Origin: Oikopleura dioica
Lineage: Eukaryota > Animalia > Chordata
NCBI GenBank assembly: GCA_907165135.1
Contig: OU015569.1
Coordinates: forward strand, 11,904,001 to 11,968,000
Length of the DNA stretch: 64,000 bases
Direction: 5' to 3'
Made by a program: the position numbers and the translations under genes. The notes under the pieces are model-generated. The model made no database searches, was not told the origin of the DNA, and saw only the letters and a program-made list of their open reading frames with translations. The first letter of the stretch is position 1, and every line of letters begins with the position of its first letter. Below are positions 34,001 through 42,656 of the stretch, one piece after another.

Positions 34001-37000
34001 ATCCGTGCTCAAAACAGGTTTGAAACACATATTCCAGAGCTTTCAGATGGCTTTCCCAATTATTGTCAATCACTATCAAATCGTCCAAATAGAGCAGAAT
34101 AGAATCATGTTTCATCAGCTTGTTCATAATTCGAGAGAAACAGGCTGGAGCATTGCATGATCCATAGAGCATTCTATTGGTTTGGTAATGGCGTCCATCG
34201 TAACTGAAGGCCATTTTGTGGGCATCAGCTTCATGAATAAAGACGGCCCAGTAGCCTCTCAAGAAGTCTACTGAACTGATAAAACATTCTTTTCCGGAGA
34301 GCTTCTTTCCGATGGAGGTGAATACACTTTGCATGCTTGGCAATGGGAAGCGATCTTTTTGGAGTAGTTCATTTAGCATTCGCGCATCAAGAGAAATTCT
34401 GATTGAGGAATCACTCTTTCGTAATATAATGAGCGGTATGTTGAATGCCGATTGTGTTTCTTGGATGACATTGAGCTTTTTCCAATTAGTCATTTGATCA
34501 TCAACTTGCGGTTGAAGATGAATCGCAATTTTTCGGGGCGGCTGATGAGCAGATTTTGTTTCATCATAAAGTGGGAGCGAGTATCGGAAACCAAAAAGTC
34601 TTCCGAGATCATTTGAGTCCATGTTGAAGGAGAGTCGCCATTTGTAAGTTAAATCTCCGAGCTGTTTCTTTTGTTTTGGATTTGCAGCGCCATAAGATCC
34701 AATGGCGGGAACGAAGTTGATTTTTTGAGCTTTTTCTGATCGTTGTTTTACGAATTCATCGTACTCTTCTCTTTCACGACCAGTTTCTTTATCAATTTCA
34801 ATTAAGCCGGTTAAGAACAAGTCAGGTGAGCTTGGGTCGATTGTTGGGATAGATTTATTCTTCAAGATAACTGATTTTTCTCCAATTGTTATTCCTTTAA
34901 GAGCATCCATTCCCAAAATGATCGGGCAAGATAGGTTACGAACAATGAGCGGGTCCAACTTCAATTTAAGTGGCGAGGAGCTTGTTTCGAACTGAACATC
35001 AATAGGGGTTCTGAGCGTTTTGACTTTTACAACTTCTGAATTTGCGCACTTGAGCATTATTGAAGATGGGATTTGTTGATTGATTGTTGACGGTAAAACA
35101 TCGAGAACATCAGAGCGGAAACAGGTTCGACTTGCACCACTATCAATAAGGCAAGGGAACTTGAATCCGTTGAGCAAAATTTGTACAAATTTGAGCGAGG
35201 CCGGTGCAAAATGAGCGTATTCGCACGTTTCGATGACTTTTGATAGTCATGCCCCTTCCTTTATAATTTTAAGGATGTCTTCAGGGACTTCTTCCGCATG
35301 GAGATATTTGCACTTTTCGCCAAATCGACAGCGGCGATTACGAACATAGGCAATGCAGTGTCCCTGAATCTTGTCAGTTGGAATTCTCGATCGTGGTTTT
35401 CGTTTCTTCTCCTTTGAAGGTTCTTTGGCAGAAGCGATCATTTCTTTGAGCTGGGAGCAGAGCTGCGCCATTTCAGATTCTTTTCCACTATTTGAGCATT
35501 CAGCAGTGAAGACATTTTCTCGTTTGTAGAAACTTCGTTCTAGTTCCATAGCACGGTTAGCGATATTTCGGAGATTGAGCAGGGATTTTTCTCGTCGCAG
35601 TAATTCGGCAAGTCGAGGATCCTGGCATTCGATGAATCGATCGCAAATGATTGACTCGTCTGCTGCATCGAGCACGAGTTTTCCATAACCCTTTTTGAAA
35701 TATGCTTGGAGCTTCGTAACGGCCATTTGTTGGGTTTCCTGGCCTCGTTGAAACGATGTGTAGAGATGTTTGAAGTGTTCCTTGTCTTTGCCAAGAACTT
35801 GCACTAATTTCGTTTTAAAGCTTTCCCAGTTCTTCTTTTCTTCTTCGGTAATGGCTTCAATCAAGGAGGTTCCACTTTCTTCCATCAGAATTTGAGACAA
35901 GGCGACGCTGATCAGATCCGCGTCGGTGATCTTTGAACATTTACCGTAAAGTTCCATGTTGACGATCCAGTTTTCTACAGGGAGCTGGGAGTCGAATTTG
36001 GGAGTCTTCATTTTTACTTGTCCAAATTTTGGTTGATCGGGCGATGATTCTTTTTGCTGTTGATTAGGTTCCTTTTGAGGAGCATTTCTAGGATCGTTTC
36101 TAGGAGCAGATCCAGATGGCTTGGAATCAGGAGGTGGTGGTCGGAACTTCGGTTCTACCTTTTCAGACTCATCAATTCGAGCGAGAATTGAGTTCAGGTT
36201 ATCCATTTCAATAATTTCATTTATTTTATCGATATCAATTTTATGATCTGCACGAGCTGTCTTTTGAACAGCTTCTTGGATATTATTCACATCGAAATCT
36301 GGGTCAAATTCAATTCTTTGGTCTACCTTTCGGAAAAAATATTTTCTATCTAATTGGTCGAACAAGTCTGGCTGAATATTGAGCAAATTCAGGACACACC
36401 CTGACTTGTCAAATCGGGGAATAGGGAGCGGGTATTTCTTATCCGGGTGCTTGTCATAAATAAGCATAAGCTCTTTAGCAGTCAGATCAACTACCAATTT
36501 ATAATAAAGTTCTCCCATGATATCAAAACTTTAGCCTATTGGGTAACCTGTACTTACGTGAGTCTGTTCTTGGGAGCGGCGCTCTGCAGAAGGTCAGGAT
36601 AAAATCGCTTTTTTTGATTCTTTCTTCTGGTTCTTTCTTCTGGTTCTTTCTTCTGGTTCTAGCTGGGTTTTGTTGTGGGCGTTCCGTTTTCTTCAGTCAC
36701 CAAAATATGTACGTGTTTATCAAAGTACATAAATTGGGTTTGTTGAGACTGGTTTATTTGTATTCGGGAGCAGGATACAAAAAGAGTAAAGTTAGTTTTG
36801 TTGGTAGTGAAGTTTTGTGTGTGTGTGTGTGAACAGAGAAATGTTTCTTATATAGTGTTTTGTAAGACGTGGTAGAGTGTTCTATGGTGGGTGGTCAGAT
36901 ATTCCGTGAAGTGTGGCTGAGCCGTTTGAGGAATGTGGCTTGAGCTTTCACGGAGCGCGGCGGGCGCTTTCACGGCGCGTGGAATAGAGCTTCGCGGACA

Positions 37001-37986
37001 GTGAATGAGAATGGCGCGCAGCGCGGAGCAAATGTGCATTGATAAACACCACTACATTTATTATCGATAATTTTTTCGGCAACTTTGGACAGGATTTATT
37101 TAGACCGGTTCCTGGAATCCTTTTACTTCGCTTTCTAGGATGTAGCCGTAGCCGTAAAATGCCCACATTACTTGACTCAAGTCGAAATCACTTACCAGGG
37201 ATCTTATAATTAGAATTTGATCTTAGATTAAATAAAAGTTAAGGTTAGGGTTAGTCGAATATTTAGCCGAAAAGACCAAATTTTAGTCTAAAAATAGTCT
37301 TAAATTTGGACTAAACCAAAATATGGAAGTGCATTTTTGATTAACCAATAAGATTTCTGTATTTAGCCTACCGACCAATCAAAACCCTGATCCTCAAAAT
37401 CACTTCTATTTTTTGCTTCTGCCCCAAATTTAAACATTTAGACTTGTCGCGACGCTTAGTAAGAACCCTTGTTCACTTATCAACGACGCAAGTAGCTGTT
37501 TCGAATGCATGCTGTTTAGACAGAGCGTAATCTCCGGAAAGATGATTTCTGCGTCGATGACATTTTGCGACTGGTAGAGCGTTTGCCCGAGCGCGTACTT
37601 AAAAGTTTCAAAAACAATAATTACTTTTACTCGTTTCTTTTTTTTTTACTTGAGTGTAGTCGACGTTGAGAATCAGCAAAGTGTAGAAAACGCCGATGAT
37701 AACGACAGAGCTCCAAAAAATCAGGCGAGGAAGAGGAATCCGCTCTTTCAAGAGAATCATCGAGCCTTGAGGACCGACATGGGCGAAAACGTTGGAGCTC
37801 CATTTTTGCACCCATTTTGGGGGCTTCAGAGATATTCCTCGGCACATTTTCTCTTTTCGAGTTTTTTGACTGATTATTGAAAATTAAAATGAAGAAGATT
37901 TCGATTCCAAAATTCGAAGTCAATAATTTGTGGCCATTTATGGATTTGAGATGACATAAGTAGCAATCAATATTCTGAAAAGGCAT
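28077..37986 (-). CDS. DEG/ENaC (ASIC-like) sodium channel, split by an intronic LTR retrotransposon
   Basis: TM1 region FAHVGPQG..RLIFWSSVVIIGVFYTLLIL (about 37650-37800); FPEITLCLNSMHS (about 37500); Cys-rich CMEKCLVKQIMESCNCSLPW (about 28900); pre-TM2/TM2 EEKLDYPLLSLVSDIGGTAGLIAGMS (about 28260-28340). Start and stop are approximate. Confidence 0.85.
29153..29376. mobile_element. MITE family A, long copy A6 (ENaC intron)
   Basis: ctcggcaacctgagaagaaaatctgagtcaggctctggaagagctaaaatgaaaagccgcgtagcggc..., nearly identical to A3; right end cctgactcaggttttcaacac. Confidence 0.88.
29940..30288 (-). repeat. 3' LTR
   Basis: Direct repeat of 36708-37056; TATATAA and AATAAA on the minus strand; (CA)n tract. 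Confidence 0.97.
30291..30304 (-). other. Polypurine tract
   Basis: AAAAGAGGGAGGAA just upstream of the 3' LTR. Confidence 0.85.
30303..30959 (-). CDS. Retrotransposon accessory ORF C, 218 aa, helical, no signal peptide or clear TM
   Basis: ATG-initiated ORF in the env position; its stop overlaps the PPT; preceded by actcccag|c-ATG. Confidence 0.7.
   Translation of the reverse strand: MPTTLTSDIFLLQKTSDTKRRFQQFALNYVIGIRIPLYEIECEKTKIIRNLLEKVEFSIQEREDWFEILQQKPLDLEVTSADLKSLLLYSCKCLLYTAKSASKETRKKILDTYEAKFAKKRGCWKELNCKQSSEIQLIASQVYLILTDLLEFLGLLENTAQPQQEEQFVDNQNENAPQSDQQMEFVDVPNFDTVTSYGQNIIDQLINSGNPPASNDLL
30979..31167 (-). CDS. Retrotransposon accessory ORF B, 62 aa, basic
   Basis: ATG-initiated; tiles between ORF A and ORF C with 40-nt and 19-nt gaps. 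Confidence 0.4.
   Translation of the reverse strand: MLVNLRAWTKESYSKQLPDTHPPIKLACTVRSMCSKLLNQNVTLFRTRKEKKHLTKLKSNSS
31208..31429 (-). CDS. Retrotransposon accessory ORF A, 73 aa, basic
   Basis: ATG directly follows a strong acceptor ttaac...gatttctccag|ATG. Confidence 0.5.
   Translation of the reverse strand: MLAMCAVADSQIFECSTKEAFSQLKWHNANLLFLKRGKRRMKTARLFKNSQLLSSLDFLKNLKLEIRIENPNR
31701..35246 (-). CDS. pol: Pol polyprotein (protease, RT, RNase H, integrase), in frame with gag
   Basis: PR LIDSGAS; RT LYLDDLIV; RH VTDSS..IKELFA..VDHKSL..ADFFSR; IN HSLTAH..CETC, VHTDIVD, SDNGKEF, KCERIHRE; WSGPFKI; no stop between the gag UGA and the protease. Confidence 0.95.
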   Translation of the reverse strand, partial: LSKVIETCEYAHFAPASLKFVQILLNGFKFPCLIDSGASRTCFRSDVLDVLPSTINQQIPSSIMLKCANSEVVKVKTLRTPIDVQFETSSSPLKLKLDPLIVRNLSCPIILGMDALKGITIGEKSVILKNKSIPTIDPSSPDLFLTGLIEIDKETGREREEYDEFVKQRSEKAQKINFVPAIGSYGAANPKQKKQLGDLTYKWRLSFNMDSNDLGRLFGFRYSLPLYDETKSAHQPPRKIAIHLQPQVDDQMTNWKKLNVIQETQSAFNIPLIILRKSDSSIRISLDARMLNELLQKDRFPLPSMQSVFTSIGKKLSGKECFISSVDFLRGYWAVFIHEADAHKMAFSYDGRHYQTNRMLYGSCNAPACFSRIMNKLMKHDSILLYLDDLIVIDNNWESHLKALEYVFQTCFEHGLVLNAAKCQLASKQLDFLGHSITADGIKPLRKHLEAIEKMSPPRDKAELKRYLGMVNFNVKFIKRGSEILSPLYRLTSVKAKYEWSDIHQKAFDTVKSELLKEPTLAHFKPGCKLVLVTDSSGYAVGGTLYQVQNDQFAPLGYFSKALSGPDLKRPMRIKELFALCWGIQFFEYYLINCEFDCYVDHKSLLYLFRESRRQKLDIKLCNVHNYLLAFNFTIIHKSGSSPEMASADFFSRLPKSKSSDLDKDSENFFDVDETIFALSTLSNDDAIFSYENRSFTAKEMTAAQEACSITKNLIQKAKINKSQKRLMLKDNVLYSNDRLVLPSQIADEFISYLHSLTAHAGSQQLLQMLKKFFISNIQQKVRAITSSCETCIRLKPIKQMRPSLIKDRQFAQLPFEKVHTDIVDFGRPDQAGKRYLLTVVDSLSGYLDGEPLSNKSDNLVAKALLQIILRHGISENCISDNGKEFGSKTTAILDRFEIRRSTTSAYYSKSNGKCERIHREIHQKLKNQLATNRTWSNYWPLVQYFLNNTPKGSLDGLSSNEVVYGRQFHVPFSLKEPIAENIQPFIKGLNSYLKKLHPALLNFQVQRYQSLLKRDKNNCPVLPIGTSVLCWKPDNYSGKLGISWSGPFKIHRRLSKDSYIVKCPLTRKEYRRNISLIRPLKIKTDNDKTEMICKDENPNNSSSKEKSAPIQAPVPDPKQTQVPALKQAQQNRSAPTDDTVQDQNPCSDAPTSTANDQLLLNESENKDSVWKDRLRSRHNK
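35247..36518 (-). CDS. gag: Gag with C-terminal CCCH zinc finger
   Basis: 423-aa ORF after the PBS; Pro/Gln linker; capsid-like KTPKFDSQLPVENW..KKNWESFKTKL; C-x8-C-x5-C-x3-H at 35298-35357. Confidence 0.9.
   Translation of the reverse strand: MGELYYKLVVDLTAKELMLIYDKHPDKKYPLPIPRFDKSGCVLNLLNIQPDLFDQLDRKYFFRKVDQRIEFDPDFDVNNIQEAVQKTARADHKIDIDKINEIIEMDNLNSILARIDESEKVEPKFRPPPPDSKPSGSAPRNDPRNAPQKEPNQQQKESSPDQPKFGQVKMKTPKFDSQLPVENWIVNMELYGKCSKITDADLISVALSQILMEESGTSLIEAITEEEKKNWESFKTKLVQVLGKDKEHFKHLYTSFQRGQETQQMAVTKLQAYFKKGYGKLVLDAADESIICDRFIECQDPRLAELLRREKSLLNLRNIANRAMELERSFYKRENVFTAECSNSGKESEMAQLCSQLKEMIASAKEPSKEKKRKPRSRIPTDKIQGHCIAYVRNRRCRFGEKCKYLHAEEVPEDILKIIKEGA
36691..36702 (-). other. Primer-binding site (tRNA not assigned)
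   Basis: TGGTGACTGAAG, 5 nt downstream of the 5' LTR. Confidence 0.6.
36708..37056 (-). repeat. 5' LTR
   Basis: Direct repeat of 29940-30288; TATATAA at 36848-54 and AATAAA at 36753-58 (minus strand). Confidence 0.97.
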
Positions 37987-38157
37987 CGTTTTTTGTCAAA
38001 AAATAAAAATGAGATGCTCGAAGATTCTGGTGTTTTTTTTGAAACATGAAATTTTGATTTATTATTATTTTTTTTTCTCATTTTTCAGAGAGAGAGACAA
38101 GCGGTAAATGAAATAATGAGTAGCAGGGTCATTTTGTTTTTTCAAATAAAATAGTGC

Positions 38158-39245
38158 TTATTCTGGTGTGCAAGTGCCGCCATCGCAGAAGGTGTCGGTA
38201 TCCGATGATGTTGGGAGATCGAAGAGATTGTAGTAGGCGTTGTAGTCTGGGACGCTGTATTGGCCGAAGTTGGGCGTGATCTGGAAAGAAACGTTTGACA
38301 AATTTTTCAGTGTAAAAAGTATGAAAAGGTTTCTACGCAAAAAAATCTTGTATTTTGTTTACCTCTTTTCTGCACCAAGCAACTGTTGTTTCGCAGTCGA
38401 AGGCGGTCTTGTCTGGAATTTCTGGCTCGCCCGCGGTCGAGCTCTTGTAAGGAAGATGGTTGCACAAGTAGTTCTTGGTGAGGGCGTCTCCGGTCATGCC
38501 GTCCTGGTAGTAATGAGGCGTGGCGAGGCAGCAAGCTCGGCAAATCGAAGGGCCAAGTCGGAGGGCAGCCTTGGGTCCGTCTTTCTCGTGGAGACGGAGG
38601 CACTGGTTGAGCCCGAAGCCGCCGTGGAGTCCCATCCATCTGTTGTCCTTGAGATTCTTCTTGAAGTCATCATCGGTGTCTCCGCCGCTTCTGCTGTCGT
38701 AGCCGTTTTGGGCTGGGAGCGCGAGGCAACCGCCGATGCCGTAGTGGTAGCTGATTTCGTCGCCTCTGGCCGCTTCTTTGTTGTAGTAGAGTTTGTAGAT
38801 TTGGGAGACGAGGTCGCTCTCGTTGGCGATGGTGGAGCCGGGATGGTTCATCATTTGGGCGCAGCCGGCTTGGATGTTGACGATTTGGCCGAACTGGGCG
38901 CGCTCTTCGATGTAGCAGAACATGTCGTGGCCGAAGCACTCGACTGGGTAGTAGTTGCCGCTGCTGAAGTAGCCGTGCTCGGTGATGTCCCAGTGGCGGA
39001 TCTGCTTCTGTTTGGGCGTCGCGTGGCAGTATCGACGGTTTCCGTTCGCCAGACCGTACTTGTTGTAACTGGCGTCCTGGCCGGTCTTTCCAGCGTAGAT
39101 ATTTGTGTTGTAGTAGTCCTAGAATGAAAAACAGTTGTCTAAAACTGCAGCTTCTTTGATTTGTTCTCACCTGGAAATAGTAGCCTCGGTCGGCTTCGTC
39201 GCTTTGCGCTTGGGCAATGACGAAAAGCGCGGCGGAAAACTTCAT
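38158..39245 (-). CDS. Secreted Cys/Tyr/Gly-rich protein with an expanded Ly6/three-finger-like cysteine pattern, 3 exons
   Basis: Signal peptide MKFSAALFVIAQA; C..FCYIEER..AGC..QC..CRACC..LCN pattern; GT-AG introns at about 39120-39171 and 38282-38370. Confidence 0.75.
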
Positions 39246-39519
39246 CTCTCTTTTTTCACTCTCTTACTTGGGGCAGAGGGTTAATCTGGGCACCCGTTCC
39301 GCTGGTTTTTATTCCCTGCTCAAGGCTCCTTTTTCAGCAGAATCACGCAACGAAGAAATAATTATTTGTCAACAAGGTGGTTTTAGATGAACCTGCTGCG
39401 AGGAAAAAACGTTTCTGATGCAAAAATATTTCCACTTCTGCAGTTTTAAGGAAAAATAAAAATTAGTAGTACCTTGATTTTCCTCTTTGATTTTTGAATT
39501 CTTTGAGGTCAGGAATTCA

Positions 39520-39631
39520 GGCTCGAAAACTGTGTAAAAACCTGAGTCAGGGTCCTTTAAAAGCTTTAATAAAAGAACAGTTTTATAAGCCTTATTTCAG
39601 GGCCCTGACTAAGGTTTTCACACAGGTTTGC
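39520..39631. mobile_element. MITE family A, short copy A7
   Basis: ggctcgaaaactgtgtaaaaacctgagtcagggtcc ... ggccctgactaaggttttcacacaggtttgc. Confidence 0.75.
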
Positions 39632-41112
39632 AAAAAAAGACCGAGATAAGGGCTCGAACGTTCAATTAACGATTGAAAATAAGGGTCTCACAATTTTAAC
39701 TTCGACAGAAAATTCTGCTGGCAATTTGCGAAAAATACCCTCATCATCAATAAATCAAGTCCCGAAGCAGTCAGAATCACCCGTTTCGGAAACAGCGCTG
39801 CTTGATAAAGAAGTAGAGCCAGATTTGTTCGATTACTGAGTCGCATTAAATTGAAAACAGCGAGCAAATAGTACGTCCTGACGTGTGTAAACTAGCTGAC
39901 CACTTGTCTTTTAGATCTTCCAAGAATTAGCGATCATTACGCGCCATATCGATTTCCCTCTCAGGCGCTGGAATTCGAAAGAATCGCGAAACAGAGAGAG
40001 AGGAAGTCGTTTCTTTGAAGACAGTGTCGACAAACTGGCATTTCCATTTTTCATTTGGCGTGAATTGACTATTCAAATTTTCAATTTCAATTCAACGGCG
40101 GCGGCGAAAAAAAAAAGAATATAAATTTTGAAAATTGAATTGAACACACTTGAAACCAGCGAGAGAATAAAAAAAAGCCGCACAAAGGTAACAGCTGCGG
40201 CCAAAAGCTAAATTAATCATATTTCCTGCTTGAAAAATGTGCAAGCGGGTTCATGTTCAATCGCTACAGTCAGAAGTTAACTGTAACTTAGCAAGCAGCT
40301 AAGCAAAGAAAGATTGAACCAACAACGCTTCGCGGAAGCTCTTTATTTTTCCACTTGTTCAAGTACAGAATCGAAAGTTTTGAATCAAATTGAAGTTTTA
40401 TTATCTTTGAGAAAATATCGATACTAAATACTGATAAATAATAATTATTGTATTCTTGCCGGGATTTATTTGACTAATTAAACGATAGAGAGATGATCGG
40501 AATCCCAACGATTGAAGATCAAACAGCAGAAACATCTGATCTTGAGCGGTAAGAAAGATTTATTAGTTTATTGCACTGTAATTTAATAGAAAGTTATGCT
40601 AGAAGAAATTCTCATGAATCATGATTTTGATTGAGACTTACTTACTTCTAAAGATATTCAATTAGGACACCATTAGGTTTACTTTTTGATATACAGTTAT
40701 TTTCCTCTTTTGTGGACATTTTTTGTCCCAAATTTTCGGAAAAATGTCCACAAAAGTGGGCAAGGGTTCCCAAAAAATGTCCCGCCGTAGTATATTTAAA
40801 TTTTTTCAAATATAAGTTTTTATGGAAAAATGGGAAATTTCATCCTCGAAACGCCTTTCTCTTGCTTATGTTTATCTTTTTTCGACAAATTTAAATGCTT
40901 TTGTCCTTCATTTCTTGAAAATAACCCTTGATTTTTGAAAAAAATATGTCATTTTTGCCTCTAAAATTTTCTTATCAGGGAAAATGTCCACAAAATTGGA
41001 ACATTATCTTTGCAATAGTGTCCCACGAGTACCCCTTAAAATGAAGAAAATGTCCACAAATTTGGGGTCCACAAAAGAGGAAAAAAACTGTAAAAGTATG
41101 TTTCAAAATTAA

Positions 41113-41156
41113 GAGGGTAGAACTAGGTTTTTCGAAAATAGCATAGTTCTACCCCC
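41113..41156. mobile_element. 44-bp TTAA-flanked mini element (Kolobok-like termini)
   Basis: TTAA-gagggtagaacta ... tagttctaccccc-TTAA, 13-bp TIR with 1 mismatch. Confidence 0.55.
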
Positions 41157-41307
41157 TTAATTTCAGAGATTCTCGAGAATATCGAGGCCATTTTTCAGGC
41201 AGAATTCGCTGTCAATGTTTTCGTAGTGATACCCTTAAGACTTGCGTAAGAAAGTAGCTTTGAGTCTTGAGTTTATTTCCACAGAAAGCAATAATTTGAA
41301 TCCTCAG

Positions 41308-41745
41308 TGCACGAAAAAGTGAAAAAAGTCTGGTGATCGATGTCCGGCTCAAGCAAGAATTCAACGAAGGAATCATCGACGCGAAGAACTGGTTGAACAT
41401 TCCACACTACGAAATTCGCAAATTTTTCAACCTCTCCGACGACGACTTCCAGAAGCATTTCAAAAGGTTCCTCCTTATAATTTGGCTCGACTATCTTTTA
41501 AGTAGAGTAAAGCCAAGCGAGAGCACCGAAATAATACTGTATTGCCGCGATGGGCGCCGCGCTCAGGACGGGGCAATGGCGCTCTTTGAACTCAATTACA
41601 GGTAGTTGCTAATACTGTTACTTGACAGTTGCTATGAGCACTTTACTTACAACTGCTACTCTATTTCCACAGGCAAGCGAAGAACTACTTTGCCGGATTA
41701 AATGGCTGGATCAAAGAAAACCGCCCTGTCAAACGAGTTGTATGA
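41308..41745 (+). CDS. Single-domain rhodanese / thiosulfate sulfurtransferase (TSTD-like); 5' exons (possibly 40493-41250) unresolved
   Basis: LVIDVRLKQEFNEGII..NIP; active-site loop IILYCRDGRRA; KNYFAGLNGW. Confidence 0.85.
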
Positions 41746-41882
41746 AGCGTAAACAAAAACTCACAATTCTCGATTTTGAAAAATTCTTGCAAATAAATTT
41801 TCATTCAAAAAAATTGTCTTGAAAATCGCCCGAAATCATAGAAGAAATTTCAAGTAATGAATCATAAAAAAGTCAAAGCCTG

Positions 41883-41988
41883 GGTTCGGCAACCCGTGTA
41901 GACATCCTGAGTCAGGGTATTCGCTAAATAAGTTTTTGCCAAGCCGCTGCGAACCCTGACTCAGGATTTCTACACAGGTTACCGAGCC
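41883..41988. mobile_element. MITE family A, short copy A8
   Basis: ggttcggcaacccgtgtagacatcctgagtcagggt ... accctgactcaggatttctacacaggttaccgagcc. Confidence 0.88.
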
Positions 41989-42656
41989 TAGGCACAGGCT
42001 CTCGTTTGATGCTATAAAATTAGGTAGTAGGGGCTATCGGTCGGACAGCCCCTAAGCCTAACCCAAGGGGACCCCCTTTGGGCTAACTCAGGGGGTTAGC
42101 CCCCGGACTCCCTGTTCCCTAACCCTAACCCTTAATTGAGAAAAGGGTTCAAACTAACAGTTACTTTTGGGTGTCTAACTGATACCCCGCTTCACCGAAA
42201 ATAAGGGTATCACTTAAGGTGTGCATACCTAAATTAACTCTTTATAAGTAATAATTAGACGCTATTTGGTTTTATTGCCCCCTAGTGTGGCGGTTCTTCT
42301 TTTATCTTTCTATTACTCGGTATAATAAGATAAGCACTACTACTATTGATAGCCAGATAAAAAAAAGAACTAGTAACATTACTCGATGGCAATAAAACCA
42401 AATGGCCTCCAATTTAATAAAGATAAAGATAACAACGAAGAAAATTGTTCGAAATTACTTCGAACGGTGATTATTAAGTATGACTACTGAAGATTCAGTT
42501 TATCAAATGAAAAAAACTATCGAGTCTGTTGATTATTTTATTAATTCGAGATCTCATCTACAATCTGAAGGCTGGTTCATTTTGTAATTAAGAAGCGCGG
42601 ATGCTACCGAAAAAGCTCGGAAACTGTAACTGGCAGTAACTGAGACCCTGCTGCTA

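Larger units (their letters stand above)
29940..37056 (-). mobile_element. Full-length Ty3/gypsy LTR retrotransposon (Tor-like), 7117 bp
   Basis: Two 349-bp TG..CA LTRs that look identical by eye; 4-bp TSD TTTA (29936-39 and 37057-60); PBS, PPT, gag and PR-RT-RH-IN pol intact. Confidence 0.97.

Noticed and set aside
36691-36702. Assigning the PBS to tRNA-Trp
   Set aside because: Only TGGTGAC (7 nt) agrees with the usual Trp PBS; the species tRNA set is needed.
36848-37039. Identical 63-aa ORFs in both LTRs (also 30080-30271)
   Set aside because: They are duplicated only because the LTR is duplicated; non-ATG start and no coding signature.
38270-39127. 285-aa plus-strand ORF
   Set aside because: Antisense shadow of the secreted Cys-rich gene; Val/Ala-rich composition typical of reverse-strand reading.
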